Below, piece after piece: positions 26,987-41,944 of a stretch of 64,000 nt of DNA. The position numbers were made by a program, and so were the translations under genes. The DNA is from Octopus sinensis (lineage: Eukaryota), in the NCBI RefSeq assembly GCF_006345805.1, contig NC_043005.1:66960001-67024000 (forward strand), in the 5' to 3' direction. Each line of letters starts with the position of its first letter. Within the stretch, counting starts at the first letter, position 1. The notes beneath the pieces are model-generated. The model did no database searches. It had not been told where the DNA came from and was given only the letters and a program-made list of their open reading frames with translations.

Positions 26987-29900
26987 TCTCTCTGTTGAAA
27001 ATTTTAAGGAGAGGTAACATGTTTTGCTATCTGTCCAATATTCTGTTTTGGGGAATACACAGACAACATTTGCTAGATTCAGTGTAGTGTATGATAGAAA
27101 GGATCATGTGCAATATTCACGCTTCGTTCTATGCTGCCCATCCCCGAACTGTGGATGCATCTGTTTACATCCTTTAAAGGCAAGACAACAGTATTATAGA
27201 CTCTTGTAGATTAACGTAGTATAATCCTCCTTTGTTCCTATACATATTTATGAAAAAAACCGCTTTAGTCTTACATTTAAAGGGGAAAGGTGAAAGAAAC
27301 ATTTCGAGTGGTTAATAATTCTATTACAAATTCTTGCAACCTAGTTCATTGATTTATACATGCTTCAAGAAGTGCCAGATGTACTTAGAGATAGTGCTTA
27401 ACTCGCTGTATAACAATGTCTGTGGAGATCTGCAGTTTAAAACTGTCTATTAAATGAAATGTAAGGATTTATCTCCAGCCTGCTTAATGATACGGAATTT
27501 TAAAAAGAAATGGATTATTAATGTTATAATCCCATTCCACATCACAAGAGGATTATCTCGCATGAGGTATGCAATATTTTACAAATATACTTCTAAACAA
27601 TCGATGTTTGTTTCCAAATTCTTTTAATATTAAATTTTCAAACATATAAACAGTAATTAGCTCTGTAGGTTTCAAAACATTATATAGGAGAAGAGGTGGC
27701 CTAAATGAATTAATGCTAAACCACAAGTTAAAATGTCAGTTCATATCAAAATACCTGCTGTATCTTTACACATTTGTATCACATAAATTTGTCCTTATAG
27801 TTAAACCATACGATCTTATAACGATTGAGAGTTTTATAAGCTTTCATGGAGAGGACAGATCAGAATTACAATAAATGTGTACAATACTTGCGTATTTAGA
27901 ATTAGTGTTAAGGTACTTCATTAGAATGAAAATTTTCTGGATATTTTTCCTTTCCATGTGTTACATCAGGTGTTGTTGTACCAGAACATTATGTCGTCGG
28001 GATACAAAGTGCAAGTTAATCACATGCTGGGGGTGGGGCGATTTTGATTTCTTTCACTCGTGCTTGGTTTGTTAGTGCAAATTAAACTCGGACTTAATTT
28101 CTTGATCTGTGATTACTTTTGATTGAAGAAAGTTCAAACTGAGGAAAAAGACAAATCAGGATATTTTGACATGCGTCACAATTAATTATTTTGAAAATTT
28201 ATCTTGGTTATCTAAATTTTTTCGTATATATCTACACGCATTTTGTGCTTAATCAAAGGCTCTCCTAGTGTGCTAAAAATTCGTATTTAGCAATAAATCA
28301 GAGAGAAGTGTAGTTACCAATTCTACTCACATTTTACGGCAATCTTTCATGTTTCAATTAATTTATTTTAAATTCATTAATACGAAAATCTCTCACTCAC
28401 TTTTCAAACACCTGGACGTGTATATTAGATGGTTAACGTCAAGACTTAATCAATTTGGCACATTTGCTTTTCAATTTAAATTCTTTTGACACTTCAGTAT
28501 TACACGATCAATTTCATGTAATTTTCTTCATTATTTAACATGGAAAAGAAATACACTACTAATTTTTCCAAAATATAATTAAGGATAGTCTTTATTAATA
28601 TGAACCATGCTAAAATTTTTAAATGGTATTTTTCTTTTTTCAAAGCGCAGTATGTTGCAAAAGCAATTTATAAGATTGACAAACGAGAGGAATAGAGTAA
28701 GGTTGGAGATTAACAGAAACGACCGGAATGATATCAGTGTGGTTAAAATAATGAAATATCAACTAAATCTACCGCCAATGCTCAAAACGCACACTACTAA
28801 GGCATTTATATCGTATCCCACATTTTCCACTCGAATCGTACCGATTCAGATACTCCATTTGATCTGCTACTAATACGCCTGTCAGTTAACCTCTGTTTCA
28901 ATATTGGACAACTATGAGACTGTGGCATATCTGACCGTATACGTTATTAATCATTTTGTGTTGAAATTTGGACTTTAATTATACATAACAGTAGACTTTG
29001 AATTTTAGAAATATATCAGAAACTATTTGAAATAAAGTTCACTTCATGCTAAGAGAATATTGCATTCGAAACGGTAATGAATACCTCATTGTAAACTAAC
29101 AAGAAAATAAACATTCAGCATCTTAGTTTTATAAATGGTAAAATAATATTATTTCCTTGGGTGATTCATTTCTTTGTATTGTTTGCTTTGAAAAATAAGA
29201 GGAAGTACCTGCCTTTGCTCAGGATTGAGTTCTGTCAAATGGATTTTGTTTTGATCCATGTAATAAATGACCTGAAATTCATCAAGTTATCATAATTACA
29301 TTGACAGAAGGCAACAAAACGCACAAGGCATTATAAACGATGACATTTTTTGAGATGAATAGAATCTGTTAGGTTTTCGTCCGTAGTCTCTGTCAGCCCT
29401 AATCCAGAAAGTATAAAGTTGGTCAATGACAAGTGTCTAGTATAAAATCATCGGTACTATGAGGTGTGGTGCCGATGAAGTTGGTAATGATCAGTTCCTT
29501 ATATAAAATGTATCTCCATAAATGATATATCTGTGTTTTATAGTACTAGGTGGACAGTAAAACAGAATGAATATGAAAACGTTTCATTTGTACTTTATAT
29601 CAGTTGCTGCCATTCACAAATGTTTGAACAACCCAATGGTAAAAGTTGTTTCAAAGTTTTTCACAGAGTGCATTTCGGATCTCACAATACAAAAGTTTGT
29701 GCAATTTTAAAGAATGTGGAGTGTAGTCTGTGTGAAATTTATCTACTGCTTCATCCAGTATATATAAAATCTCGCGCGATAACTAGTATGATATGGCTTT
29801 TAAGTTTTCAAGATGGTCAGTGCAGAGATTGGACACCTGAACTAAACAGAAATACAACTATTGTTCGTCCATACTTGTAGTGTTGTGCAATTATTTAGGT

Positions 29901-32273
29901 TATTGCCAGTTCAAAATTTCAATGTTCCTACAGTCATTTGATATGAATACGCATCAAATATTTGAATGACTGATCAGAAAATAGATTCATTAGTGTATTG
30001 TGTCATCTGTTTATATAATCATATAAGAGATTAACATAACAGAAAGGACGCCAAAGTTTGTTAGCTAGCTACTCACTCCGGAGCGGATGGTGTCATCCAG
30101 TTCGACAAAAGAAACCTGCCTATATGCTTGCATTTACAAAAATCTCGAATCTGAAATGAAATTGCGTGATAGAATTCTTGGGGCTACGTATTGCATGCAT
30201 CTCTTTTATCCATCTGCATATGGCGTAGATTTCTCCACGATTCTCAACTTGATTTTATGTGGTATGTATTTGGTTTTCAGGTGTCATACTCTACCTCTTT
30301 TTTGTTATATTACTCAGCACTAGCAATATTAGTTATGGTTTCTACAGTGAAAGAGGACGAAGATCTTGGTTTTTGTTACCTCACGTCTCTTTCTTCTTGT
30401 TCCGACTTTTGTATCAGCCCTATGAACTGAGCCAGAAAGATTGCTTGGTGATACATCGAATGTTATTTAAATCTGACAATTTAATGAAGTTTTGTAATTT
30501 TGTATATTAAGTGATACATGCATACATACATATTCTACAATTTCTTCAGTGACATGGACGAAGGTTCCAGTTCATCCGATAAGTAGAACAGCCTGAACTC
30601 ATTAAAGTCAGGAGATGTGAATACGAACGACGGTAAATACGAGCGATTATTGTTTCCATACGGTCGTTTCTTAACCTTTAATATGTACTATGCAAAATTA
30701 TACGTTTCTTTACATTCGTATATCTGATCCGCAAACAGAGAAATTCACGAATTGATGTAAATAGAGATAGCTAACCCAGTAAAATATACACCAGAATATT
30801 ATGGGTACATCTACGATTCACATGTGAATCGTTCTATCATACACATAGACAAACACTTCATAGTTATATGTTAGTGTGTGTTCAAGTGTAAGACAAAGTA
30901 TGTGTGTGCAAGTGTGAGACAAACACTATATATATATACACACATATATATGTATGCTCGTGTGTGTGTATGTAGGTATAAATACATGTTCATCTATATA
31001 CATGTATATCTATGTTTACGTACTTATGTGCGCATGTTTCTCTCTGTTTGTGCGCGTGTTTTGTCCATAGGATGTACTTGTGCGCAAATCTGAGTGTGTG
31101 TGGGGGGGGAGGTGTATGTGCGTGCTCACAGATTATATAAATCATGTGATCAACTTGAAACGATATTAATGAAAAATCTTCAATAATATAGCTTATCGGA
31201 ACTAAAATGATTTCTGCTTCCGATGACTTACCTAAATGGAAGAAGATAACACCCGTTGCGAATATTCACACACACACACACACACACACAGACATCATAC
31301 ATATATATATATGCAGTCATATTTGATGGTACGAGGTAAGGAAATCATTGAACACACACTCTACTACTGCTGCTACTATTCCGAATCCTGTGAATATTCA
31401 CGGTGTTTACAAGAAAGACAACATTAGCTAAACATAAAAACCATGCTGAGCATAACTATACTTTAGTAGGTCAAATATTTTTACCGCCAGGCACTGCCGA
31501 TCTGTACGAGATATGTTACAATGCCAAAAAGTTACATATACCACTGATAGGTAAATTTGAACAAAACAGTCATTTATGAAGCAACAAACGAAACCTAATT
31601 GAATAATTGGAGCTGTTCGGAATTCTGCTATATTATCGTTGGATCAATATCCTCTAAGATCATATAATACTGCTCCAAATATATATCTTCTTGTATTGGC
31701 TTTGGAACAGAGATATGCACTTCAAACTGAAATTTCAATGCTTCACTAGATGTAATGTAAGTTTAGTTGAAAATAACATATACACTTGCCAGAGCCAAGA
31801 AACAATATGGAGGGGATATACAATTTGTAACAGAAATTGATTGTTCAAGAAAATGTTTATCCACATTTATGTTATATAAATCTTATAGTAACATGAAATA
31901 TAGAACAAAGTTGAGAAACACTATCTCATGTTAGTTGAAGAATGGAATGAGGACTTCGTCTAAGGAGAAAGGAATATGTTTTCAATAGAGAACTAGGTTA
32001 TTACATTGTTAAAAATCTTCTTGCAACATAAACTAGAACAGTGACGTGCTATAAATTCGTGTGTGTGTGTGTGTTCGTGTGCGTGCGTGTGTGTGTGCGT
32101 GTGCGCGTGTGCGTGCGTGCGTGTGCCCGTGTGTTTGTGCACATATGACTATACAACAGGAATGGGGATTCAAAAAGTCATACAGAGTTCAAGGTAAGTT
32201 ATCTGTCGGGTGTCCAGATATTAAAGATAAACGGTATATGAGATAGGAGAGAAAGAGAGGGAGACAGAGAGAG

Positions 32274-32311
<38 letters not shown>

Positions 32312-32564
32312 TTATATACGTATACATCCATTATATATGTATATGAGCTTGTGTTTATGTACATGTATACATGTTTATGTACATGATACGCACATAAACA
32401 AGCGCACATTTATGTTCAGAGAGACCAAAATCCACGGTGGCCTCGGTACAAAATAATATATATTACAACATATCGAATTATTGTATTTACAAGTACTTTC
32501 AGCCTAATCAAAGTTACTTTAAGACCCTCTCATTTTACCGTTCGTCAGAAACTACTTTTACGCT

Positions 32565-32955
32565 TCTTTTAATTGATTGCCTTTAGACTGCGGCCATGAT
32601 GGGGGCACCGCCTTGAAGACAGTCGAACAAATCGACCCCAGTATTAATTTGCTATAAGCCTGGTACATACTCTGTCAGTGTCCTTTTATCGAACCCTTAA
32701 GTTACGGAGACGTAAACACGCCTGTAGCGGTTGTCGCGGACATAAACACACGCACACATTCACACGCATATATATACACACACATATATATACGACAGTT
32801 TCTTCCAGTTTCCATCTTCCAAATCTACGCACAAAGCATGGTCAGCTCACGGGTACCGTAGAGAACACTTGATTAATGTGCCACTCAGTGAGACTGACCC
32901 CGGAACCATCAGTTTGGGAAGAAAATTTTTTACCAAACAGCCACGCCTGCGCCTG
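32565..32955 (-). mobile_element. SINE with internal microsatellite (third family), diverged full-length copy
   Basis: Homologous to 41036-41446; minus-strand head ggttccggggtcagtctc (B-box-like) and tail ggcggtgcccccatcatggccgcagtc. Confidence 0.8.
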
Positions 32956-35900
32956 TGATATACTAACATATCTAATAGTTTGTAAGAACAGCAAAAATTT
33001 TGTTCCTAACGTTTTTCAGCATAGGGAAGATTCCAAATAATCGAAGCTAATTTGACTACAAAACATTTAATAATAATGATTATAGAACGAATAAATGCCA
33101 TGGTTTGTGCATGTGTATGTATTTCTATATGATAGTAACGATTTCAACATTTTATTTCTCTATATTTCAATCTTACATTGATTTTATGCACGTCATATTC
33201 AATTAAAACCATTTATTCGTTCTATCGTGCTAAATTGTAACCTATTTCATGCAAATTTCTCTTACGCATTTTAATTCGTCCTGAAAGCTTTCTGAAATAA
33301 TTAATGTGGCGTCGACAAATTTGGGGTATTTTTACTGATATATCACACAACAGAGCGAAAGCATATCTTATTGCTAGAAAATATAACACGCACGTATATA
33401 TATATAACAAGAGATACTGGATGGCCAAATATAGAGTAGCATTTTTCAACGTATTCTTTTCCAACTGGAATTATATCCAGTTTAACATTAACAACAACAA
33501 CATCTGTAAAGTTATCATTTACCATGTATTGCCGTGAGAAAACTTTTTGTCATCATTTCTAAGATGTTTCTGCTAAGCTAGATGATACGCTTATGCTTAA
33601 AACGGGTCAAACAATAGATGTTCATTAACATTTAGGTTTCTGACGTTCTCTAACACAAAGTATGACAATTTGAAATCTGGTGCGTTAAACCCCATTTCTT
33701 TTTCTCAAAGTTTCTGTGAAATATTATTAGATTGAAGCGAATAGTTTTTTTGACGACATCTTAAATATTACAGTACCTGAAAGTGGCATTCTGAGAGGAG
33801 CAGTACAAGATCTGTTAATGTCGCATAGGTCTCTATTTGACAGTTTAGATTGACAAACATTAGTGGTGACTTACACCTAAAGTGGTGCCTTATGCGATGT
33901 GAGTATTTTATGTTAGCTGAGAATTATATTGATTTTAAATCCATTGAAAAATCTAATTTTGGTGTGCCAAATAAAGAGTTAGTTGTAAAAATTAAGCCAT
34001 TTGGTGATGACTTTAGTTATTAAGAACTATAATAATTACGACCAGCATTGTATACCACTTTATATTCCAACTGCTGCATCTTTTTATGAGAATGTGAAGA
34101 AAGACGTAAATGTCAGCTAATATTTGTATTAACATTGAATTACAATTTACGTAATGTGCCATCGGTAAACGATTCTCGGTATATACGTTATTCTTCACAA
34201 AAAATTGTATATAGTCGATGGTAAACTAGACGTGGGATTGAAATACATCCGTTCAACAAATACAGTAGTTTATCTCCGAATGAGAATTCTTGAGAGAACA
34301 ACTTTTTATCTGTAAACCAATGCATTACAGAGAAGCAGGTGAAAATACTGATCTGAATCAGATATATATATATATATATATATTCAGCATATACAGTGGA
34401 GACCTACAGACTATTCCATTGAATCATTGGCTTAAGCAACATATTTAATGCCTTGAACACGTGCACATATACATGCAAATGCATACCAGATACAGATGTA
34501 TTGATACAACTGTACAAATATAGAAGAAGGAATACAGCCTATCGAAGGAGACAGGTTAGAATACATGAATATATTGAAGCATTACTGAAGCATGCAATAA
34601 TCATTTGTAATAATGCAATATACTTATATACAATACAGAGTAAAATTCTATTGGTCCGGAATCGAGTTCGCCGTTAATCCCGATGATCCAGCAATTTTAT
34701 TTCTCCGTGCAATGCTCCCCTGAAATGCTGTCGCTAGACGCCGAAGTTACTCCTTAATGTACACATTTATTTTTAGAAGAACAGGCCCACCAAACAACAC
34801 ATTCGTATATGCCTGTATTTATAGGTTGCCACTTCTTTAGTGAAAGTATCTTGTATGTTAATAATAACAATTTATTTGTGGAATGGTATTAGAAAAAGTC
34901 TGGTGGCAAGCAAAAGGTGAGATAATACACGTGGAAGGGATAAAAGGTGTACTGTGTGTAAAAATGAAAACTCTCTATGATTTTAAGAAATAGAAAGATA
35001 TGTTAATTTAATTCATGGCTAAAAGAGATGATGAGTGGCAAATCTGAAAAAGAGAAATTAGAAAATTCGGAACTGCATGCTGTTTATATTTGCGTGATCT
35101 AGCGGAGGGCGATAAGAAAGGATGCTGGTTTCATGACCATTAATGATTAACAGCTAAGAGATATGTTCATCGCGTGAAATAGCTTTTTATTCATTTTTTT
35201 TTTTAAAGTTTTTTTAAGTCTAAGCTATGACATGGCATACACCATACTTCCTTTCGCCAGAAAGGAATTCGGTAAATGTTTAGATTACGGTAAAATATAT
35301 TTAGAGAAATGATAACCTGCTTCAAAGTCATGATTTCTTTGTTATCTTCAAGTCATTATTGCTAACGCACAGATACTATATAGTGTACGTGTGTTTATAC
35401 ACACACACACACATATATATATGTATAAGTAATCGACAGAAAGTGGTACTAAACACATTTTAATCAGATATTGTAAGAAAAGCTCGAGACGGCTTCTAGA
35501 TGTTAGGAATAACAGCTTAGGTCGTTTTGTTTCTTCTCCTGCCTACGTGCTCGGGCAGTGTGAACATGCAGTTGTCGCCACTTTTGTGGCAGACTGTGGT
35601 GAAGTGCACAACTACATCATTTCATTGTATTTGAAACAGCACACGGCCGTGTGGGTTAATGTCACGGGTTAATAGCTCAGCCGTCATTCAATGGTGTGTG
35701 TTAGCTCCTTAACGGCTGCATATCTTCAATTACACTCTTCCCCTTCAAAAATATTTTCCTTAATGTTGAGTATCTTCTGGGGTTGCTGAAATTATTGTTT
35801 GCATGGAGTCAGTAAGAGGTAAAATAGATTGAGATATTACGGTTAAAATCTATATTAGTAACACCGAGTGAAAAACAAACAGAATAGTCAGAGACAAAAT

Positions 35901-37149
35901 AAAAAGAATTCCTTGGTGATTTTGCACATAGAACACATTTTCTTCAAGCAGTTGTATGTATATTCGAAACGACATGGAATCATGGGAACTGCAAAGAACA
36001 TATGAAGCTTATTGGACAGACTCAGAGAAGCTTTCGTATAAGATGTGTTTCCATTGTTGGCGTAACTATAGTTATGAGCTTTATTCAAATATTCTGCAAA
36101 TAAATATAGGAAAAAGCTTATGCATTTCACACGTGATGGTAAAAATGCCGCATATCGGTAGTTATTTGCATCAACCATTACTCATCATATAGAGAAGCTA
36201 AAATAATGCTCGTAAAGGAATCAATTGTAGCATTAAATGTGATACATTATGCACCTTTTGTGCGTGTTGCTGATGGGAGAATATCCAAGGTTTGTCAAAA
36301 TCAATTATCTGCCTGTTTGATAGCTATTTCCTTTGGGAATGTCTAGAACTGGATAAGCGAAGTAAAAGAGGCCGCATGGGAGAGATAAATAGAGATCATT
36401 TGTGAGGCGGAACTTTAGGCATTGGGAATTGCTAAATTCGTTCGATAGTATCAGTTACAGTTTTAAAAAATACGCTCTAGTTTGTATAGGTAATCTATTC
36501 AAGATTGAATTGCTGTAAAGCCATTGAATATTTATTGCCTATAAGGTGTTCTAATATTTTATATATCGGTAAAAGTTGTATATCGTATCGGAATGATTTG
36601 GAAGGGAGACATGAAAATAGTTAATGATGCAGTAAAATTGAGAACAGTATATATATATCAATAAAAACCGATCACTTCAGCTCGTAATTTTAATAGAGCA
36701 TTTGACAAATTCAAGACGTAAATATGGTTTGTGTGCAGGCACCCATTCCGAATCAATACCAATAGATTTGTATATCAGACGTTTCTAGTATTCATTATTA
36801 TTATGTTGTGCGTTATATATTTTCGTAGAGTGCCCTGGATTTTGAGCAGCAAAACAAATTGAAAACCGTACTAATTTAGCCTTCAAATTGAAAATCTTCT
36901 TGGTGCTATGATACAGTAGGTTTTGAAAAGAACACAGAATTCTCTAAATGGCTTTTCTTTTAAGTGACATTTCAAAAATGTATCAAATGATCAATTTTTC
37001 TTTTGTGTACTTACGACTGGTTAAATGTTGAATCTTGTTCTCTGTGAATAAATATCGCGCTGATATAAGTAACATTTTACTGGTAAAGTTCAGGTGCATC
37101 TTTCTCATACGTGCACAGATGTATACATGCATGCATACACGCACGCACA

Positions 37150-37202
<53 letters not shown>

Positions 37203-37272
37203 ACTAATATGTAAACTTGTGTTTATCTTAATTTTCTCATATGCGCATATATATTAATTATTTTTAAATAAG

Positions 37273-37508
37273 TCTGCTGGATATTTGCGACATCAGTGCC
37301 TGAAATAACTGAAATTTTGTGTAACGTGGACGACGGAATGCGTCTGTTATCTCGCTATCGATCGTCTGACACTAGTGAATACGAGGGGTTCCAAATCACG
37401 TGGCCTGACAGTAACGGATCCCGTACCAGACGAGTTTGCGATCGTTATAAATATGAGTGCTATCGTGACCCATGCGTCCATCTAAGAGGTCCTCTTGAAG
37501 ATAAATAA
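37273..37508 (+). CDS. Candidate terminal coding exon, product unknown
   Basis: Acceptor-like tttttaaataag, then 78 open codons (CWIFATSVPEITEILCNVDDGMRLLSRY...DPCVHLRGPLEDK*) in a CpG/GC-enriched islet. No family recognised; an alternative minus-strand reading exists. Confidence 0.25.
37347..37481 (-). CDS. Alternative candidate: short ORF or first coding exon with signal-peptide-like N-terminus
   Basis: MDAWVTIALIFITIANSSGTGSVTVRPRDLEPLVFTSVRRSIAR*; possible phase-1 donor CCAC|GTGATT. Confidence 0.2.
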   Translation of the reverse strand: MDAWVTIALIFITIANSSGTGSVTVRPRDLEPLVFTSVRRSIAR

Positions 37509-40500
37509 CGCAGCATGTGGTGTTCTAACGTAACATCCACGTTGAGATAGATATACAGATTATCCTTTTGTATTAATACTGCTTATATGGTAATTAAGAA
37601 GCACACATACACAAACACGCATTCGCACACACGCACGCACACATATAGTGAGAGAGAGAAGAGGGGGTCAGAGAGAGAGATATACACATATACATACATG
37701 CTTGCATGGATGCATACATACATACATGCACGCATACATAAATAGGTACGTACGTTAATACATAGATACATACGTGCACGCACGCATGCATGCATAAATA
37801 CATACATACCTACATACTTTCATACATACATAAATACGTGCGTGTATATACCTGTGTTTGTGCATGTACATCTAAGTAATTCTAACGGATAAAATCCAGG
37901 ATATACATGAAGAAAATAACTTTGAGAAATTAAGGCACACTTCATTCATTGCTCCACTTTTACTCGATCAATTTTATCAAATACATCCTATTAGAATTTC
38001 CCCTGAAGATTTTATTATTCCGCGTCTATTAAACAGACATTAATGATCTGATATAATCGTGAGCAACTCCAGTACCAGTAATCAATAGCAATAACATTTT
38101 CGAAACTTTTAAGCACACCAATAGAAAGAATTTGTTTACATTACTTGCTTTTTTTTGAGTGTGTAACATCACATATGATGATGAGATTAACACAACTCAA
38201 GTTCTGATCAACTAAATGCATATAATGTTGATTATCAACATTTCCGAATAGGAAATTAAAGTTATAATTTTTCCTATTTTGATACACTCCGTGTTTTTAA
38301 TTTATAATTTTTCATTAGATTTACAAAGAATTTTAATTTCATATCAATCCCATGATATCCATCTTCAGTAGCAATTACTTTTCTTCTGTTTCACATTTTA
38401 TATGAAATTTACTCACTACAGTAAATTATACACCTTTCCATTATTTGCTAGAAAAAATTATGCAAGATTAAGGTCAACCTATTCATTAATACACCTTCTT
38501 TAAATTTCATGTCGCTACATCATTTTAATTTCCCTTTTATGTGTGTTTGTTCATTTTATAATGAAAGACTTATACTGAAAACTACTTGAACTCTACTTGA
38601 TTCCATTAGCTGACTCTTTGTACCATTACCCATTGCAATTGTTTTATAGTCCTTGATTAAACACTAATTGCATGTAATCCTTCATTGTTTTCTACTGAAA
38701 TAATACGAAAAATCGAAATTGCCATTGAATTTATGACATGAACCTGACTTATTCGCTCGTCTATTAGAATAAATCGCAAGCCAGTAATTTGTAACCAAAT
38801 CGATTTTATAAATATAAAATTTAATCGTTATTTGTTATTGGAACATAATTAAAAGGATATCTATAATTTACAATTTCATTTGTCTCCCATAATTAATAAT
38901 TTAATTATAATGTTCAAAATTAAGTCTGCAGTATGTCATAAATGTATTAATAATCGCAAAAACATCTTGGTCGATAATGCACTGGAGAATCAGCTGAAAG
39001 CGCAACGGTCCGTATTTGCACAAACCTCTTGTACTTATGGACAAAAGAGGTAGAACTAAAACTATGAGTCAGATTGGTTACATGGAGGTACCTACAAGCA
39101 TAATCATCCATCGCTAAAAGAAATTGTACCCTAGAATTGACCACTGATTTCTGTATTGTTAGGAGGCTGGCCTTGAGTTTAATTTTCGTCACGCAGGCAA
39201 GTTTCGTTTTGAGAACAGAAATTTGTTTACCACCATTTTACAGATATGCTCCGTAAATAAATGTTATGGACATAAAATAATTAATCTTAATTAAATAGCA
39301 GATGTGTTGAGAAACAGAATTATATTCTCAGAATGATTTCATTGTGTATACTTGCCAGCGATTAAGTTGATGTGAACACCTCTAGCAGTATCTTGCTTTT
39401 TATGTTCACAACCTGCCAAAGCTGACTTTACATTTCGTGTTTCAGTGGTCGTTAAATTAAGTAAGACCTAGGATGATAGGTTAGATGAAATTTCTGACTT
39501 GGAACATTTGGAGTTATTTATTGTGGTATGTCTCGCCTCACCGCTCTCTAACTTCAAAGTTGATATATTTGAAAATCATTTGACCCCATAGCAGATTAAC
39601 CTCTGTTGGAAAAGTCCGTGTCTGATCTTTGGTTTAAGGATACATTCTTCTCTCTCTCTCTCTCATCAGTCACGAACGTCGTCTAAGGTGGTGTGACTAA
39701 TGCATTTCATTGTGAATAATCAATAAAAAAGAATGGTATTGACTGGCATTTTATGTCAAGGCATTTGCATTATAAAGAACCAATCATATATGTCTTCAGA
39801 AAAGTGAAGGTATACATAATTATATCGTTGCAATATATTCTGAAAATTGTGATGACCCGAGGCAAATTTCTGAATACAAAACTTATGCCGATGTGATATA
39901 AGTAAGTTAACCACTCCAGCCGGGGTTAAGTTCTACATATTGAAAATATTTAAACTATTAATTCACTTGATATAAATATCTGCTCATTAATGTAAGTGGG
40001 TTCTTCCGATACAGTCGAAGCTGAGATTTCAGAACATATTCAAAATATTGTGTTCTATCAAACATATTAAAAATGCAAGACAATGGTAATATAACATTTA
40101 AACAATAAAGAATAGTTAGTTATTTATACATTGTATCATAATCCATCTATATTACTTTTTCCTATGATCATTCTTTTTCATACAAGACAAATGCTTCTTT
40201 TATTGATGAACGAGTAGATAATTGTCTGTTTCCCATCTTTTCTCTCCCTTCTACACATTTTCTCTTTCTCTCTCTCTCTCTCTCAAAACACTCCCGCAAC
40301 CATTCTCAGATATAAATGTGCACATATTATTTAGAAAGAGCGATGAGAGATAAATGGAGGGAAAGAGGGCGAGAGAGAGACGGTGGCAGAGACAGACGGA
40401 AAGATAAATAGATAGGCACAAACAACGTAAATTTATTGACATTGAGAAATAGATAATACTTAGACCTAAATATCAATAATCGTGAAGCAAGTTTGACTGA

Positions 40501-41035
40501 CTTCGTGAGATAATCAATTCCTACCAGCCTAGTAAATACGTCTACCGTGTAGCGGAAGTGCACAAAGGATTGTTATTACAAGAGAATTTGTAAACATAAC
40601 TAATATCAACATTGGCATTGTTTAACAGTTTATATAGAAAATAGTACATTGATTTCCAGGTAAATTTCTTCATAGGTTTATTGTTGTTACTTTGAAAAAC
40701 ATTTCATTCTTTACAGTAATGATGACTCAAGAAAAGAAAAATGAAAAGAGGGGGAAAAAAACGACAATTCTTTCTTTGCAATTCGGCATAACGTAGCAGG
40801 AGGAATTCCAGCATCTTATTGATTACATAGTTAGGTACAGTGTTGCACCAATTTTATTAGAGTAGCAATTCTCCCTTGACATTTACGACTCAGTGTTGTA
40901 AAGATTATAATCAATTTTACAAATAAACTTATAATTCAGAATCGAAGCTAGAGTATATATTCGTCCTAGGAGGCTTACAGCTACACTACGTTCCTTGTTC
41001 ACACACATACATACAAATGTTTATATACGTATACT

Positions 41036-41249
41036 CTTTTTACTCTTTTAGTTGTTTCAGTCATTTGACAGCGGCCATGCTGCAGCACCGCCTATAGTCG
41101 AGCAAATCAACCCCAAGACTTATTCTTTGTAAACCTAGTACTTATTCTATTACACTCTTTTGCCGAACCGCTAAGTTACGGGAACTTAAACACACCAGCA
41201 TCTGTTGACAAGCGATGACAAACACTGACACATAAACACACACACACAC

Positions 41250-41289
<40 letters not shown>

Positions 41290-41446
41290 GACGGGCTTTC
41301 AGTTTCGGTCTACCAAATCCACTCACAAGGCATTGGTCGTCCCGACGTTATAGTAGAAGACACTTACCTAAGGTGCCGCGCAGTGGGACCGAACCCGGAA
41401 CCATGTGGTCGTGAAGCAAGCTACTTACCACACAGCCACTCCTGCG
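41036..41446 (-). mobile_element. SINE with internal microsatellite (third family), full length
   Basis: Minus-strand head ggagtggctgtgtggtaagtagcttgc...ggttccgggttcggtccc (A/B-box-like), (TA)/(TG) core, tail ggcggtgctgcagcatggccgctgtc...aaagagta. Confidence 0.9.
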
Positions 41447-41826
41447 GCTATGTATATATACATACGTATGTATATACACACATGTATATATACATAGGCA
41501 CACACATATACATGTCTAAATACACACAGACACACACACTCACGAACACATGTGTATGGGAATATATAAGGGAGATATATATGTATAAATCTGTGTTCTG
41601 TGTTTGTAAGTGTGCTGTGTGCGTGTAGTTAAACTGATCCCTTGAGTTTGCTCTGCGTGTAACCGCTTCTTCAGATATGTCGCGTTGAGCAAAGATAAGA
41701 AAATAAAACATAATATCTAACCAATTGGGGAATAAGTACGGAAAAAATGTGCATAGTATCAGTGATAGTAGCAAAAATGAAACTGATTTCAGTAATTACA
41801 TTGAAAACGTGCGATGATGATGATTT

Positions 41827-41887
<61 letters not shown>

Positions 41888-41892
41888 TATGT

Positions 41893-41932
<40 letters not shown>

Positions 41933-41944
41933 CACTCCAGGCCA

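Noticed and set aside
30259-30510. Signal-peptide/prohormone-like ORF MVCIWFSGVILYLFFVILL..GRR
   Set aside because: GTG-initiated, and the hydrophobicity is explained by T-rich composition.
37395-37495. Resemblance of minus-frame DLLDGRMGHD..VWYG to discoidin-domain-receptor sequence
   Set aside because: Only a few residues match, the conserved downstream Trp is absent, and no neighbouring exons were found.
39849-40024. C/D-box snoRNA (GTGATGA...CTGA)
   Set aside because: No terminal stem, no convincing C'/D spacing; such motifs are expected by chance.
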